Source: Amoebidium appalachense (taxonomy: Eukaryota > Protista > Ichthyosporea). Taken from it: DNA of 27,981 nucleotides. The position numbers and the translations under genes are program-made. This document shows, one piece after another, positions 26,466 to 27,981 of this stretch. Position 1 is the stretch's first letter. Every line of letters begins with the position of its first letter. Below the pieces are notes generated by a model. That model was not told the origin of the DNA. It saw only the letters and a program-made list of their open reading frames with translations, and ran no database searches. Where the stretch lies: assembly GCA_963693365.1 (NCBI GenBank), contig CAVNZM010000050.1:1-27981 (forward strand), written 5' to 3'.

Positions 26466-26933
26466 ATGTATTCAGCGTTTCTGTGCGAGTGGGAGACCTG
26501 TGGGAGACCCTTTGAGAGCAACGCAGCCCTCCAGCGACATCGTCTTACGCACACGGGTCAGAGGCCACATGTATGCCCTTGGCCTGGATGTTTCAGGGGG
26601 TTTACACAACGTTCTACTTTGGAGCTTCATTATCGGCTGCACACTGGGGAACTTCCTTTTCAGTGTAACTGGGAGGGATGCAAGGCCTCGTTCAGATGTA
26701 AGAGTAAGCTGAAGATGCATCAACGAAACCATGCAGAGGCGGGGACTTATAAATGTACATGGGATGGATGCGAGGCCAGTTTCAATACCAGAGATGCCAT
26801 CAACACTCACATAAATCGGCATACGGGAGAACGGCCACACAAATGTAAAGAGCCAGGATGCTCTGCCTCATATCGCCAGCGGGCGAGCCTTGCGTATCAT
26901 GTTCGCCATCACCATCATAATAAAACCAAATGA
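26466..26933 (+). CDS. C2H2 zinc-finger protein (five fingers)
   Basis: Five Cx4C-x12-Hx3-4H units (four with CxW, e.g. CPWPGC) with TGQRP, TGELP and TGERP linkers. ATG 26466. Confidence 0.95.
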   Translation: MYSAFLCEWETCGRPFESNAALQRHRLTHTGQRPHVCPWPGCFRGFTQRSTLELHYRLHTGELPFQCNWEGCKASFRCKSKLKMHQRNHAEAGTYKCTWDGCEASFNTRDAINTHINRHTGERPHKCKEPGCSASYRQRASLAYHVRHHHHNKTK

Positions 26934-27031
26934 ACAAATACAAGGGCGGCATGCGAGGCTTGGGGCATGCGAGGCACATGCGGCCTGTGAGCCCTGTGCG
27001 GCTTGCCTGCTGATTTTATGTACACTCTTAC

Positions 27032-27711
27032 ATGATGGCCACCTACAACGAGGCGTTCGTCAGAGACAAATTGGCACGGATCGAGGGGGGAAACGCGAAG
27101 TGTCGACCCCTGCCGGCCGGATCGACCTACTCACGGACACGGACATCATCGAGGTCAAGCGCGCACCACAGTGGAAGGCCGCTATGGGACAGGTGCTGGC
27201 CTACAGGCAGTACTATCCCAACCACCAACCACGGGTCCATTTGTTTGACTACGTGTCGGCGGATGTGTACAAAACAGCAATTGAAACAATCACATCCTTC
27301 AACATACTTGTGACACTGGAACCTGATACAATGCAGCTCGTATGGGGTAAACGGCCCCAACAGTCCAAGCCACAACCCAGTTGTTCCATTTCTGCAGAGC
27401 TGCAGTTTTTGAAGGATATGGCAACTGGATATGGTGTACAGCGGGTGATCGAAGACGGAGCGTGGGTGACTACAGAAGGGATGATGGAGCTGATGCGCAC
27501 CTGGGCCAGTGCAAGGGGAATGGGTGCAGAACTTGAGGTGGGATCTAGGAGACTGGGATCTTGTCTCAAGAGGGTGCTAGGTAAGAGGGTGTCGGTCTAT
27601 GCAGACATGGTGAAAATAGGCAAACCCACATCAGAAAGAACAGGGGCCTACCGTTTCAACAAAAGCAAGGTCTTGGACTTTGATGCAAGTTGTCTGGTCA
27701 ATGATCAATAA
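27032..27711 (+). CDS. PD-(D/E)XK nuclease fused to a D5-like C-terminal domain, copy 2; one frameshift
   Basis: MMATYNEAFVRDKLARIEGG continues as KREVSTPAGRIDLLT...IIEVK if one G is added to the G6 run at 27085-27090. Collinear with 23549..24217. Confidence 0.8.
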
Positions 27712-27799
27712 AATGGCCCACCGGGGAGAGGAGGCTTGGGTGGCATGCGAGGCTTGGGGGGCACGAGAGGCCCGCGTTTTTTTCTGCGCACTGTATAGG

Positions 27800-27981
27800 A
27801 TGTCTGCGGTAGGCTACGACGAGGCGTTCGTGCGCGAGCGACTGGCCGAGCTCGAGGACGGGGTGTGCGGGGTGCCCACACGGGCCGGCCGGATCGACGT
27901 GCTGACGAGCACGCAGGTCATCGAGGTCCAGCGCGCGTCGCAGTGGAAGACGGCGATCGGAAACGTGCTCGCATACAGCCA
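27800..27981 (+). CDS. PD-(D/E)XK nuclease paralogue, copy 3 (runs off the window)
   Basis: Translated by hand: MSAVGYDEAFVRERLAELEDGVCGVPTRAGRIDVLTSTQVIEVQRASQWKTAIGNVLAYS. Confidence 0.8.
   Translation, partial: MSAVGYDEAFVRERLAELEDGVCGVPTRAGRIDVLTSTQVIEVQRASQWKTAIGNVLAYS

Noticed and set aside
26890-27031. Upstream part of ORF 26890..27711
   Set aside because: Translates the GCGAGG repeat region. The true N-terminus is at 27032 in another frame, as shown by the paralogues.
1-27981. Bacterial or phage origin; tRNA/rRNA genes; transposase or integrase
   Set aside because: No consistent Shine-Dalgarno pattern, while eukaryotic promoter and poly(A) signals and NCLDV-type genes are present. 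No RNA gene or recombinase motifs were recognised by eye.

Overview
Gene-dense, intron-free stretch of a large eukaryotic dsDNA virus, most consistent with Nucleocytoviricota (free virus or endogenised copy; the window alone cannot tell which). Recognisable by motif: a poxvirus A16/G9/J5-like membrane protein, an AQP1-type aquaporin, a NUDIX hydrolase, a penton-like minor capsid protein, an A22/RuvC Holliday junction resolvase, a primase-less D5/NrS-1-type SF3 helicase, a five-finger C2H2 protein, KilA-N and Bro-N-like DNA-binding families, two CE-clan-like cysteine protease paralogues and three PD-(D/E)XK nuclease paralogues. The most striking feature is a lower-GC cassette at about 23.3-28 kb. 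In it, two PD-(D/E)XK nucleases carry a C-terminal domain visibly homologous to the C-terminus of the helicase they flank, with iteron-like repeats in the intergenic DNA and oppositely oriented GCGAGG arrays on either side. Several genes have a TATA box 31-33 nt upstream of an initiator, and many have AATAAA signals, implying host RNA polymerase II transcription. About eight single-base frameshifts, nearly all in G/C homopolymers, are probably long-read errors. All family calls come from reading motifs by eye; no database searches were run.
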